A stretch of 64,000 bases of DNA from Bacteroidota bacterium (GTDB lineage Bacteria > Bacteroidota > Bacteroidia > Bacteroidales > Dysgonomonadaceae): the NCBI GenBank assembly GCA_039799165.1, contig JBDLTH010000080.1:6000-69999 (forward strand). Reading direction: 5' to 3'. Numbering within the stretch: position 1 is the stretch's first letter; each line of letters begins with the position of its first letter. Shown piece by piece: positions 1-10,140 of this stretch. A program made the translations under genes and the position numbers. Under the pieces are notes generated by a model. That model did no database searches. It had not been told where the DNA came from and saw only the letters and a program-made list of their open reading frames with translations.

Positions 1-2
1 TG

Positions 3-899
3 CATGGTATGTCAGGTGTAGGTAAAACACATCTCTGTCATGCCATTGGTTCAAAAATATTAGAACAACTGCCCCAGAAAAAAGTGTTGTACGTATCAGC
101 TCACCTGTTCAAGGTACAATATACCGATGCTACCCGATTCAATACAGTTAACGATTTTATCAATTTCTATCAAGGCATAGATGTATTGATAATAGATGAC
201 ATTCAAGAGTTAACTGGATTGGAGAAAACACAAAATACGTTTTTCCACATATTCAATCATTTGCACCAAAACAATAAGCAGTTGATTTTGACTTCGGACA
301 AGGCTCCATCAGAGCTGCAAGGGGTAGAAGATCGTTTATTGACACGTTTCAGGTGGGGGTTGACAACCAAACTAGATAATCCAGATTATGATCTGCGAAT
401 TCGAATTTTGCAAAACAAAATCTTGCAAGATGGCTTGTCCATACCATCCGATGTGGTTGAGTTTATTGCCGAAAACGTAACTGAAAATGTGCGCGACCTC
501 GAAGGTGTGATTGTATCGTTGATGGCCTATTCTGTAATCTATAATAAAGATGTCGATTTAGCTTTAGCCAAACGTGTAATAGGTCAAGCAATACGCAAGA
601 TTGAGAAAAAGAAACTGACCATCGAGAGCATTTCGGAGGCAGTATGTAAACACTTCAATATAAAAACAGAACTGTTGCAAACAGCATCTCGCAAGAGAGA
701 GATTGTACAGGCTCGACAAGTTTCGATGTATCTATCTAAAATTTATACTGAACTGTCATTAGCCCAGATAGGATTGATTATAGGAAAGAAAAACCATGCA
801 ACGGTGTTGCATGCTTGCAAAACGGTCAAAGATCAATTGCAAGTAGATAAGGCGTTTAGAGACGATATTGAAGAAATAGAGAAAACATTAAAAAAATAA
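3..899 (+). CDS. dnaA: Chromosomal replication initiator DnaA (5'-truncated by window edge)
   Basis: Walker [11 protein letters not shown], Walker B LIIDDIQ, sensor TSDKAP, NVRDLEG box, C-terminal domain [12 protein letters not shown]...[10 protein letters not shown]; frame open from position 3. Confidence 0.97.
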   Translation, partial: HGMSGVGKTHLCHAIGSKILEQLPQKKVLYVSAHLFKVQYTDATRFNTVNDFINFYQGIDVLIIDDIQELTGLEKTQNTFFHIFNHLHQNNKQLILTSDKAPSELQGVEDRLLTRFRWGLTTKLDNPDYDLRIRILQNKILQDGLSIPSDVVEFIAENVTENVRDLEGVIVSLMAYSVIYNKDVDLALAKRVIGQAIRKIEKKKLTIESISEAVCKHFNIKTELLQTASRKREIVQARQVSMYLSKIYTELSLAQIGLIIGKKNHATVLHACKTVKDQLQVDKAFRDDIEEIEKTLKK

Positions 900-904
900 C
901 AGAA

Positions 905-933
905 GCCGGGCAGTATAAATGTCCGGTTTTTTT
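905..933 (+). terminator. Intrinsic terminator after dnaA
   Basis: gccgggca-N7-tgtccggt stem followed by T run. Confidence 0.75.
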
Positions 934-1016
934 ATCTTTACATCTTGATAATACGTGATACCGTGCTCACGAGTTTTGGCATCTCGTTTTTATCTCCTTT
1001 AGTTTGATAATAAAAA

Positions 1017-1610
1017 ATGATTCATTCGATGAAAACGTTCAAAATTACATTTTTACTTGCAGTTTTAGTATCCGTATTCTTTTCCAGCTGTTCGTATAAC
1101 ACGATGGTCGAAAAGCAAGAGTCAACCTCTTCGCAGTGGGGACAAGTTCAAAATGCGTACCAACGTCGTGCCGATCTTATTCCTAACTTGGTTAATACCG
1201 TTAAAGGCTATGCTTCGCATGAACAACAGACCTTGACTGCCGTTATTGAGGCTAGAGCTAAGGCTACCCAGATAACGTTAAGTGCTGATAACTTGACAGA
1301 CGAGAATATTCAAAAATACCAGCAGGCACAAGGACAATTGAGTACGGCTTTGGGCAAACTGATGATGGTACAAGAGCAATACCCTGACTTGAAGGCAAAC
1401 CAAAACTTCATGGCATTGCAAGACGAGCTTGCGGGTACTGAAAATCGCATTGCAGTAGAGCGTAACAAGTACAATGACGTTGTCAAAGATTATAACCAAT
1501 ATATACGCAAGTTTCCTCAAACCATATGGTCAGGCTGGTTTGGTTTCGAGAAGAAAGGCTATTTCGAAGCCGATGCCAGTAGCCAGAATGCCCCACAAGT
1601 TCAGTTTTAA
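1017..1610 (+). CDS. lemA: LemA family protein (start may be 1029)
   Basis: YQRRADLIPNLVNTVKGYA, YPDLKANQNF, ENRIAVER motifs. Confidence 0.95.
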   Translation: MIHSMKTFKITFLLAVLVSVFFSSCSYNTMVEKQESTSSQWGQVQNAYQRRADLIPNLVNTVKGYASHEQQTLTAVIEARAKATQITLSADNLTDENIQKYQQAQGQLSTALGKLMMVQEQYPDLKANQNFMALQDELAGTENRIAVERNKYNDVVKDYNQYIRKFPQTIWSGWFGFEKKGYFEADASSQNAPQVQF

Positions 1611-1640
1611 AGCTACGGTTTTATCCATTCAGTTTAAAAA

Positions 1641-2423
1641 ATGCACATGAAACTATTTCGGCAGTTAGTTGTAACCATTTTTGTGTTTGCTGTATCCTTG
1701 CTCCATGCTCAAGATATCCCCAGCCCCATGTCTCCACCTCGTTTGGTAAACGACTTTGCGGGTATATTTGGGAGTAATGAGCGTGAAGAATTGGAGCAGA
1801 TGTTGCGTGCATATAACGATTCTACATCTACCCAAATTTATGTTGTAACCGTCAATGATCTGCAAGGTTATGCGGTTTCAGACTATGCGTTCAGGTTGGG
1901 CGAGCAATGGCAAGTAGGTCAGAAATCGAAAGATAATGGAGCTGTCATCCTCATCAAACCGAAACGAGGTAACAGCAGAGGCGATGTTTTTATAGCCGTA
2001 GGATATGGCCTTGAGGCTACATTGAACGATGCCCGAATAGGTCGTATTATTGATGGTTATATGATTCCTCACTTTCGAGAAGACGATTATTACGGTGGAG
2101 CCAAGTCGGCAGTTTTGGTTATGATAGATTATCTAGCAGGGCAGTTTGAGGCAGATCCATCTGAGGATAATAGTATTAGTGCATCTGATATATTATTAGG
2201 TATTGTGCTCATAATCTTGTTTATTTATTTTATGAATAAGATAGGTGGTGGTAATAACAATAGTGGTACAGGCTCGTTTGGTGGTGGACTTTCGAGTAGA
2301 GGTAGTTCCCGAAGTAGTAGCAGAAGCTTTGGTGGTGGATTTTCGAGAGGATCACGAGGCGGCAGCTTTGGCGGTGGCGGTGGTGGAAGCTTTGGCGGTG
2401 GCGGAGCTGGTCGCAGTTGGTAG
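1641..2423 (+). CDS. TPM domain (YgcG-like) membrane protein with Gly-rich tail
   Basis: LVNDFAGIF, GQKSKDNGAVILI, VGYGLE motifs, TM helix, GGGSFGGGGAGRSW terminus; usual lemA partner. Confidence 0.9.
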   Translation: MHMKLFRQLVVTIFVFAVSLLHAQDIPSPMSPPRLVNDFAGIFGSNEREELEQMLRAYNDSTSTQIYVVTVNDLQGYAVSDYAFRLGEQWQVGQKSKDNGAVILIKPKRGNSRGDVFIAVGYGLEATLNDARIGRIIDGYMIPHFREDDYYGGAKSAVLVMIDYLAGQFEADPSEDNSISASDILLGIVLIILFIYFMNKIGGGNNNSGTGSFGGGLSSRGSSRSSSRSFGGGFSRGSRGGSFGGGGGGSFGGGGAGRSW

Positions 2424-2557
2424 TTTTAATAAAAACGGATGTTGCGTATTTGTAAAAAGCTTCGTGTTTACCATTTTATGTCTTATTATAATTGTATATT
2501 TGTGCTTGTATCTAAGTACAGTTTTGTGTTCATTATTAACTAGAAAATAGAATTGTT

Positions 2558-3070
2558 ATGTTAAGTAAAAAAGTAGAAGAAGCGTTGAACAACCAGATAA
2601 ATGCCGAATTTTGGTCTAGCTATTTATATTTGTCAATGTCAGCATATTTTGCAAAGGACGGCAAGAATGGTTTTGCTAACTGGTTCAAAGTGCAAGCATT
2701 AGAAGAGAAAGATCATGCAATGAAATTATTTGATTATATCATTGCACGTGGAGGTACGGTAACGATTAGCCCTATTGACAAAGTTCCTCATAAATGGAAG
2801 AATACCCTTGATGCGTTTAAAAATGCGTTGGCACACGAAAAACTGGTAACATCGATGATTAGTAATTTGGTAACGTTGGGTAATGACGAAAAAGATTATG
2901 CAACAGTATCTATGTTGCAATGGTTTGTAGATGAGCAGGTAGAGGAAGAAGAAACAGCAAAAGAATACATCGATAGTTTAGAGATGATTCAAGACAACGG
3001 TTTTGGTATTTATACGTTAGATAAAGAGCTGAAGAGCAGACAATATACGCCCTTGAAGGCGAATTCATAA
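2558..3070 (+). CDS. ftnA: Non-heme ferritin
   Basis: LNNQINAEFWSSYLYLSMS, QALEEKDHA, LQWFVDEQVEEE ferroxidase motifs. Confidence 0.95.
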   Translation: MLSKKVEEALNNQINAEFWSSYLYLSMSAYFAKDGKNGFANWFKVQALEEKDHAMKLFDYIIARGGTVTISPIDKVPHKWKNTLDAFKNALAHEKLVTSMISNLVTLGNDEKDYATVSMLQWFVDEQVEEEETAKEYIDSLEMIQDNGFGIYTLDKELKSRQYTPLKANS

Positions 3071-3090
3071 AATAAGACAAGAGATAATAG

Positions 3091-3120
3091 AAGGGCAGAT
3101 TGTTTCGATCTGTCCTTTTT
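3091..3120 (+). terminator. Intrinsic terminator after ferritin
   Basis: aagggcagat/atctgtcctt stem plus T tract. Confidence 0.7.
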
Positions 3121-3138
3121 AGTATTTAGAAATGTAAG

Positions 3139-3654
3139 ATGGAAAAATATTTTATTCAGATAATTGCTACAGGTGTGTTGATTCTTACACTGCCCGTAGT
3201 GAAATTTATTGTACGTAAAATAATTCGTAAATATGTTGGTGTAAGCGTAAAATTTGATAATAGAACAAATCAGATTCGGCGTATATTCTCGATTTGCATC
3301 AACCTTGTGTTCATTATAGGTGTTATTATTATTTGGGGTGTTGATCCTCGAAACTTGTTGGTGGCATTATCCTCTATATTTGCTGTTATTGGTGTTGCAT
3401 TATTTGCACAATGGTCTATATTGAGTAATGTAACGGCAGGTATTATTATATTTTTTACAGCACCGTTTAAGGTTGGTGATTATATTCGGATTCTGGATAA
3501 GGATATGCCATTTGAGGCACTTGTTGAGGATATATTGACTTTTTACACTATTTTGCGAACACGCGATGGTGAAGAGGTGTCTTATCCCAACTCTCTTTTT
3601 TTGCAAAAAGGTATTTCGGTTATTCGTATTCACAAATGGGATGAAGAGATTTGA
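3139..3654 (+). CDS. Small MscS-family mechanosensitive channel protein
   Basis: TM helices, ILSNVTAGIIIFFTAPFKVGDYIRI, YPNS motif. Confidence 0.85.
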   Translation: MEKYFIQIIATGVLILTLPVVKFIVRKIIRKYVGVSVKFDNRTNQIRRIFSICINLVFIIGVIIIWGVDPRNLLVALSSIFAVIGVALFAQWSILSNVTAGIIIFFTAPFKVGDYIRILDKDMPFEALVEDILTFYTILRTRDGEEVSYPNSLFLQKGISVIRIHKWDEEI

Positions 3655-3780
3655 AAATGGTTTTTTTATCATCATTTTGTTCTCTAAAAGCAAGGAATTA
3701 TTGGACAATTATGTATACCTTTATTCGTTGTAATATTATTAGGTTTAATACATTGACTTTGTCTTGTAAATTTTTGAATA

Positions 3781-4758
3781 ATGAATTTGAATGAAGTAAA
3801 CACGCTTTTCATCGATAAAGTAAAAAGTAAAATAAGGGGGTCTGTTGTTGAAACTATAGAGGACATATTATCCTTAAGTAAAGAAGCTATTTATAGAAGA
3901 TTGAGAGGAGATGTCATTTTCTCCTATCCTGAGGCTGTATTGTTGGCTCAAAAATTGGATATCTCGCTTGATGAATTAAACTTTCAAAATAGCGAAGAGT
4001 TTCACTTCAAAATTAGTAAAGCTTCAAAGTTATTAGGCGAAGAAGCATATGTCGATTACATCACAATGGGAGTGAGTGATTTAAGTCCTTATCTGAAAGA
4101 TGTTTCATCTCATTTGCATTTTGTAGGATCGGGTATACCGCTTTCATTAGTTCTGAAGTATAATTCATTATCCAAGTTTCGGTACTTTAAATGGCATCAC
4201 GAGAATAGGGGCTTGGAGATAAACAAAAGTAAATTTTCTCAGACCATTATGCCCGCAGAGCTCTATGAGCTAGCAGAAGTTTTTTTGGTTCAACTTAGGC
4301 AAATCAATACTACGCTGATTCTTTCCGACAAAATGTGTGAGTTCTATTTGAGAGATCTAAAACATTTTATTCTTCTCGGGCTTGTAGATCAAGTAGATAT
4401 TGACTTGATAAGGGATGAACTGCACAAAATGATTGATGAGTTTGAAGGCATTGTAGCATCGGGAACGTATAAAAATGGAGCAAAAGTTTCAGTTTATCTA
4501 ACTGATATTAATATTGACTCAACATTTGGATATTTTGACAGTCAAGATTTGAGCTTTGCTTTCTCTAAAATGTTTGGTATGAATTATGCGACTACTCGAA
4601 GCAAAAAAGTAACACGTATGTACCGAGATGCTTTGGATGATTTGAAAGACTATGGAACTTTAATATCTCAGAGTGGGGCTACTGTCCGGAGTGGTTTTTT
4701 TAATGAACAACATCGACTTATCGATGATTTCTTAGTGCAGTTTTTGCCAAAGAGCTAG
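3781..4758 (+). CDS. Bacteroidales conserved protein with N-terminal HTH, putative transcriptional regulator
   Basis: N-terminal LSLSKEAIYRRLRGDVIF...LAQKLDISLD resembles an HTH; family recognised from memory, function unassigned. Confidence 0.6.
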   Translation: MNLNEVNTLFIDKVKSKIRGSVVETIEDILSLSKEAIYRRLRGDVIFSYPEAVLLAQKLDISLDELNFQNSEEFHFKISKASKLLGEEAYVDYITMGVSDLSPYLKDVSSHLHFVGSGIPLSLVLKYNSLSKFRYFKWHHENRGLEINKSKFSQTIMPAELYELAEVFLVQLRQINTTLILSDKMCEFYLRDLKHFILLGLVDQVDIDLIRDELHKMIDEFEGIVASGTYKNGAKVSVYLTDINIDSTFGYFDSQDLSFAFSKMFGMNYATTRSKKVTRMYRDALDDLKDYGTLISQSGATVRSGFFNEQHRLIDDFLVQFLPKS

Positions 4759-4772
4759 AGCTGAGTAATACG

Positions 4773-4820
4773 AAAAACAAAAAGAGTTGGATATATATAT
4801 ATCCAACTCTTTTTGTTTTT
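4773..4820. terminator. Bidirectional terminator, perfect 48-bp palindrome
   Basis: aaaaacaaaaagagttggatatat|atatatccaactctttttgttttt between convergent genes. Confidence 0.8.
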
Positions 4821-4851
4821 TTATGAACAAGAATATCTGAAAATAGTCAAA

Positions 4852-6000
4852 CTATTCAGGAGAATTAATTTGCTCTATTTTTAAGAATGCTTTAGTTTGA
4901 GCTACATTCGTGGCATTAGCTAATAATGAAGGACTAGGTGCACCCATCATAAACGAAAGAACATAACTTGTCTTATCATTAACATCGGTTGTAGTCCACA
5001 TATACGAGCGTTGCTCTGGAGCATTGTAATATACATCAGGGTCTCCCCAAGCAGCATTTGCATTTGTGCTCACAGCTACAGCATTATCCCCATTGTTACC
5101 GTACCACATGTCAACTAGAGGAAGTCTAAATGCATTCGTTGCCTGAGCAGAGATACCTCCAGGCCATCCAAAGATAGAATTCCACATAAGTGTTGGAGTA
5201 CCACTATTACTTCTGATCTGAATATCTGCAGCTTGAAGTTGGGAGTTGTTAGGTACAAATACACGTACTGAAAACTTTCCGTCAGGCGTTGTTATCACTC
5301 TGTGGAATCCATTTGCTGTATTTTCAGACGTCGCTACCAGAGTTCCTAAGGTTGCAATGTTTTTAATATCTGCACTAACTATATCACCTACCGTAACTAG
5401 CCTAACTCGTTCTGTGGTAGAGCCAAAGCGTATAACAAATTTAGCAGCTGTGGGTGAGCTGGCAATAGGAGTACCAACTACATCATATATTAGGTAGCCA
5501 CTACCATACTCAAGTTTGCCAGGTTTTAGAGTAGCTGTAAGACCCGTATTTCCACTAGAAGCTATCGGGCTTCCCAATCCATATTTACCACCATTACCAC
5601 CAGTGTAATAAACTCTTAATATCCCTTTGTAGGCTATCCCTGCCTTAAACTGAGTAGGTTCTAGTGTAGAAGAGTTAGCTGGTAATGATTCGATCTCAGG
5701 AAGTGAGGACGACGATTCATCGATAGATCTCCACTCAACACCATTCCAAAAGTAATACCCTTTGGCCATGCCTGCTCCAATGTTGTATACAAATAATCCT
5801 TCTGCTTGACCAGGGATGCCATCTAAATCGAACGTATTCGAAGTAAGATTTACTCTAGGTGCTAGCAAACCTTTATCTGTACTAACCATATCCACCAATG
5901 CAGAAGCATTAGGGGTCTCTGTATTTATACCTACCTGTGCATGCATCAATGAAGCACATACAATACAAGAAAATACTAAAAAAAACTTTTTCACTCTCAT
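4852..6000 (-). CDS. Secreted/surface protein of QVGINT N-terminal type with Ig-like YTGGNGG repeat
   Basis: Signal peptide then QVGINTETPNASALVDMVSTDKGLLAPRV; YTGGNGGKY...GLTATLKPG...VGTP module; paralog of 6570-8075. Confidence 0.7.
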   Translation of the reverse strand: MRVKKFFLVFSCIVCASLMHAQVGINTETPNASALVDMVSTDKGLLAPRVNLTSNTFDLDGIPGQAEGLFVYNIGAGMAKGYYFWNGVEWRSIDESSSSLPEIESLPANSSTLEPTQFKAGIAYKGILRVYYTGGNGGKYGLGSPIASSGNTGLTATLKPGKLEYGSGYLIYDVVGTPIASSPTAAKFVIRFGSTTERVRLVTVGDIVSADIKNIATLGTLVATSENTANGFHRVITTPDGKFSVRVFVPNNSQLQAADIQIRSNSGTPTLMWNSIFGWPGGISAQATNAFRLPLVDMWYGNNGDNAVAVSTNANAAWGDPDVYYNAPEQRSYMWTTTDVNDKTSYVLSFMMGAPSPSLLANATNVAQTKAFLKIEQINSPE

Positions 6001-6241
6001 AAAATTGAATCTTTAAGAAAACATATATATTATTTCAGCTATATTATTTGGATCTTTGATCATTCCTAGGTTTGTTTTTTCTTTTAAGTTACTTAGGTGA
6101 TTTTTTGGGAAAATAGTGCAAGTCAAATTTTATCTTTAACTTGCACAGGATTTAATAGAGAGAGTTTTTAAGATAACCAAATCTTTATTACAATTAGCTA
6201 TTGATATACTTTGTTTTAAAACAACCCCTTAAATTCTTTTG

Positions 6242-6267
6242 CAAAAATACTTGATTATTTAATCCAA
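6242..6267 (-). promoter_or_regulatory. Putative Bacteroidetes sigma-A promoter for 4852-6000
   Basis: Minus strand TTG-N15-TATTTTTG matching the TAnnTTTG -7 box; same geometry conserved in the paralog promoter. Confidence 0.55.
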
Positions 6268-6508
6268 CTACTGTCTTTATGTGTGTGCTGGCGATTAAAA
6301 ATAACGATTAAGGTTTGGTGTTCGGGTTTAGTTGCTCTTAAGAAAAAATGATAAAAATGAAAATTTGATTTTCGGATTTTGATATTTGTTTTCTTTTGAT
6401 AATCGAAATCAAAATTCTGATTTTCTAATGTAGTATATATAGAATTTGTGAGTAAAAATAAGATTTTTATTTATCTGTATTGCTTTCTTGCAGAATATCT
6501 GAATAGCA

Positions 6509-6560
6509 ATAACAAGAGTTAGATCTATTATTGCAATAGATCCAACCCCTCTTTTGTTAT
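6509..6560 (-). terminator. Terminator-like hairpin after 6570-8075
   Basis: ataacaagagttagatctatt...aatagatccaacccctcttttgttat; arms resemble the 4773-4820 hairpin. Confidence 0.6.
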
Positions 6561-6569
6561 AATAGTATT

Positions 6570-8075
6570 TCAATAAGCTACATATGCATCACATGCCGCA
6601 AAAGCAACAATAATATCATCAGCGTTTGAGTCAATCCCATTGATATTTGATATCGTTACTTCGGTATACGGTTTTGTTGCATTTACAACATATGTTAGCC
6701 CCTTGTTGTTAACACCAGAAGTGCATCTAATATTTACACGAGAAGTTCCTGACCCTGTAATAGCAAAATTAGCCAAACAGTCTGACAGAATGTTTATTGG
6801 AGTGATAGTGCCAGCAGAGTTGGTAGATACACTATGAGAGTCGTTAGTATAATACCAGTTGCTAATAATTGAAACATTATTTACAGGTTTTGAAAAAATT
6901 AATGTAATACTCGAAATAGCGGCAGCACTAGAACGTCCAATACGCACAGGAGAGCCATCATTGGGTAATGAAGAACCACAAAACCCTCTGTCAGGATTAA
7001 CGCCAATTGCCCCTGGTGTTGAACTTGTTTTCTTACTTACATTAACAATAGAGCCACCAATATTCAATGTTGTTGATAGAGGTAAGCTTGGCGTATTCAA
7101 CCCTAATTGATTGTCGCAATTGGTCGCAAATATTGTATTCACAACTTCGAGTTGAAAACTACATGTTGCTTTTCCTGCAGTGATAGCAAAATTAGCTGTA
7201 CCAGAACTTGTAGGTGTACCTGTTATATAAAATACGAGTGTACCATCTCCTACATTATAGTTACCAGCAGGTAAAATCGCCTTTAACCCAGTAGCACCAG
7301 TAGAAGTAAAGGTTTGTTGAGAGTATGCTCCACCATTTCCGTTTTTGTAAGGAATAGATATAATATGACCAGTGGGCACACCTTCGCCAAGTCTTAATCT
7401 AGGACCATTGACAATAATGTTGTTGCAAGATAAGGTACCTGTACCAACTCCCGAAATAGTCCTAGAGCATAGATTGTACCAGCGATCAGATTCATTTCGG
7501 TATTGTTCTATACAATTATTATCTGAATTTTGGATAGTCAGACCTACCGTAGGATTTTTGATATTATCACGTTGAGCAGTAGTTAGCTGGGGAAATAGTA
7601 TGCCTTTGTCAGACGATCTGATATTTAACACAGCACTACTATCCACTACTGTAGTACCAATATTAACCCCACCCATTTGATAAATTCTCTGTGAAACGTT
7701 TGTTGCAACATTCCCAGTACCTTGTATAAACCAAGGATTGGTGCCTGAACCACCAAAAGAAGTCCATTCAGATCCATCGAAATAATAATAACCAATAGTA
7801 GTTATTTTTTCGGTCTTCGTTGTTAAGATTCCTGACAAGTCTGTAATGTATACAATTGCTCCTTTTTGACTAATTGTATAAACAGGGTCTTTTGATATAA
7901 CCTGAGCTCTTGTCAAATTAGGGGCTATAATCCCCTCTGCTGTACTAGCATCCGTATTTGATGCCTCTATATGCAATGTAGACTTTGGTGTTTGTGTATT
8001 TATACCCATTTGTGCATACATGAATGAAGAACATAGAACACTAGATAACGCTAAAAAAAACTTTTTCACACTCAT
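6570..8075 (-). CDS. Secreted/surface protein of QMGINT N-terminal type with Ig-like repeat
   Basis: Signal peptide, QMGINTQTPKSTLHI, second IGTT...SAVLNIRSSDKGILFPQLT module, PYKNGNGGAY...ITGTPTSSG module. Confidence 0.7.
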   Translation of the reverse strand: MSVKKFFLALSSVLCSSFMYAQMGINTQTPKSTLHIEASNTDASTAEGIIAPNLTRAQVISKDPVYTISQKGAIVYITDLSGILTTKTEKITTIGYYYFDGSEWTSFGGSGTNPWFIQGTGNVATNVSQRIYQMGGVNIGTTVVDSSAVLNIRSSDKGILFPQLTTAQRDNIKNPTVGLTIQNSDNNCIEQYRNESDRWYNLCSRTISGVGTGTLSCNNIIVNGPRLRLGEGVPTGHIISIPYKNGNGGAYSQQTFTSTGATGLKAILPAGNYNVGDGTLVFYITGTPTSSGTANFAITAGKATCSFQLEVVNTIFATNCDNQLGLNTPSLPLSTTLNIGGSIVNVSKKTSSTPGAIGVNPDRGFCGSSLPNDGSPVRIGRSSAAAISSITLIFSKPVNNVSIISNWYYTNDSHSVSTNSAGTITPINILSDCLANFAITGSGTSRVNIRCTSGVNNKGLTYVVNATKPYTEVTISNINGIDSNADDIIVAFAACDAYVAY

Positions 8076-8281
8076 AAGATTTAACTTTTTAAGAAATATT
8101 GTGTATTGGCTTTACTAATCATATTTCTATTTTCCGCAATAAAAAACAAAAAATAGTACAAATTGAATTTTAGTTTCAACTTGGACAAGACCTAATTTGA
8201 GAGTTAATAAAAGATAACCAAATCTTTTTAAAATTAGCTGTTGACAGACCTCGTAATTAAAACAATCTTTAAATCAAGTCT

Positions 8282-8307
8282 CAAAATTACCTGATTATCT
8301 TAGTCAA
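8282..8307 (-). promoter_or_regulatory. Putative sigma-A promoter for 6570-8075
   Basis: Minus strand TTG-N15-TAATTTTG, homologous to 6242-6267. Confidence 0.55.
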
Positions 8308-8588
8308 TCATTGTCTATTTGTGTATATCAAATCACTTTAAGTATCGGTTTAAGTTTGATTTTACCAACAGATGGTCAATAAATAAAATAATTATGTGTT
8401 AAATTTCGGGATAAGATATTGTTTGTGTGTTTTGCGACTATTATCGAAAACGATATTTTGCTTTTGTGAATAAAAATAGATCCATATGTTTATAATTCTT
8501 ATTTCTGTATTATCTTCGTATAAAATAGCCAAATAACAAAAGTAGAGCTTATTTGGCTAGAGCTTCAACTAATACTAACGAAATAGCT

Positions 8589-10067
8589 ATGAATCGTAAA
8601 AGAACACTTCAAAAAAGTACGCTAAGTCTATGTTTGCTGGCGGCAATGTCTACAACTGCCCAGTTAAAAGCCGCTAACTTGGGCGATAGTAATGGATCTG
8701 TTGTGCAAACAGCCAACGATAATACGAAGGTGTATGTCTCACAACGCCCCAAAGTAACCGATCGTTTGTTTAAATCAGACTCGGTAGAGGCTATGATAGT
8801 CAAGATAAAGAAACAACTAACCAATGCACGTTTGGCGTGGATGTTCGAAAACTGCTTTCCAAACACCCTCGACACCACAGTGCATTATCGTAAACAAGAT
8901 GGGCGAGACGATACCTTTGTGTACACGGGCGATATCCACGCTATGTGGTTGAGAGATTCGGGTGCACAAGTATGGCCTTATGTGCAATTGGCAAAGGGAG
9001 ATTTGAAACTACGGAAGATGTTGGCAGGAGTTATCCACAGACACACTAAATCAATCCTTATCGATCCCTATGCAAATGCCTTCAACGATGGAGCAGTAGG
9101 AGGGCAATGGATGACCGATATGACCCAAATGAGGCCCGAAGTATATGAGCGTAAATGGGAAATAGACTCGCTTTGCTATACCATACGCTTGGCTTACGAA
9201 TACTGGAAAGTAACTGGCGACTCGTCAGTGTTTACTGCCGACTGGGTGCGTGCGATGGAGCTTGTTTTGCAAACATTTAAAGAGCAACAACGCAAAGACA
9301 GCGTAGGACCCTATCAGTTTTTGCGTGAAACAGCCCGTCAGTTAGACACGATGTCCAATGCAGGATTGGGTAATCCCGTAAAACCAGTTGGGCTTATTGC
9401 ATCCGCATTTCGCCCTTCGGACGATGCTACCACCTTTCAGTTTTTAATACCATCCAACTTTTTTGCAGTAGCCTCGTTGCGTGAAGCATCTGAGATATTG
9501 ACTAAGGTGAAGAATAATAAAAACTTGGCACGGCAATGCGTAGCTTTGGCAAATGAGGTAGAAGCCGCCTTAAAGCAATATGCTGTATATAACCATCCAA
9601 AATACGGAAAGATATATGCATTCGAAGTTGATGGATTTGGCAATCAGTTATTGATGGACGATGCCAATGTACCTAGCTTGTTGTCGTTGACCTATCTCAA
9701 ACTAGTAGATGCTTCCGATCCTATTTATCAAAACACACGTCGCTTTGTGTGGAGCGAAGATAACCCCTACTTCTTCAAAGGAAAAGCAGGTGAGGGAATA
9801 GGCGGACCCCATATTGGTTACGATATGGTATGGCCCATGAGTATTATGATGAAGGCATTTACGAGCAACAACGATCAGGAAATAAAAGACTGCATCAAAA
9901 TGCTGATGAGTACCGATGCAGGAACAGGTTTTATGCACGAGTCGTTTCATAAAGACGATGCTACCAAATTTACCCGTGAATGGTTTGCATGGCAAAACAC
10001 CTTGTTTGGCGAGTTGATTATAAAACTGATAAATGAAGGAAAATTAGATTTACTGAATAGTATTTAA
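8589..10067 (+). CDS. Glycoside hydrolase family 125 (exo-alpha-1,6-mannosidase-like), secreted
   Basis: TGDIHAMWLRDS, ERKWEIDSLCY, FRPSDD, DDANVPSLL, FTREWFAW motifs; ATG 8589 preferred over TTG 8553. Confidence 0.92.
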   Translation: MNRKRTLQKSTLSLCLLAAMSTTAQLKAANLGDSNGSVVQTANDNTKVYVSQRPKVTDRLFKSDSVEAMIVKIKKQLTNARLAWMFENCFPNTLDTTVHYRKQDGRDDTFVYTGDIHAMWLRDSGAQVWPYVQLAKGDLKLRKMLAGVIHRHTKSILIDPYANAFNDGAVGGQWMTDMTQMRPEVYERKWEIDSLCYTIRLAYEYWKVTGDSSVFTADWVRAMELVLQTFKEQQRKDSVGPYQFLRETARQLDTMSNAGLGNPVKPVGLIASAFRPSDDATTFQFLIPSNFFAVASLREASEILTKVKNNKNLARQCVALANEVEAALKQYAVYNHPKYGKIYAFEVDGFGNQLLMDDANVPSLLSLTYLKLVDASDPIYQNTRRFVWSEDNPYFFKGKAGEGIGGPHIGYDMVWPMSIMMKAFTSNNDQEIKDCIKMLMSTDAGTGFMHESFHKDDATKFTREWFAWQNTLFGELIIKLINEGKLDLLNSI

Positions 10068-10096
10068 GTAAATTCTAAAATGTTAATCGTTTTTTT

Positions 10097-10140
10097 TTAG
10101 AAAGAGACGATCTCATTTTTTGAGATTGGTCTCTTTCTAA
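10097..10140 (+). terminator. Inverted repeat after GH125, probable terminator
   Basis: ttagaaagagac...gtctctttctaa stem with inner atctca/tgagat. Confidence 0.6.

Noticed and set aside
900-1016. oriC next to dnaA
   Set aside because: Only a terminator and a short spacer; no TTATCCACA-type box cluster. The upstream side is outside the window.
2240-2423. Gly/Ser-rich repeats
   Set aside because: Normal C-terminal tail of TPM-domain proteins
6001-6569. Invertible (phase-variable) promoter
   Set aside because: Only short imperfect AT-rich dyads; no matched inverted repeats flanking the -7 box and no recombinase nearby
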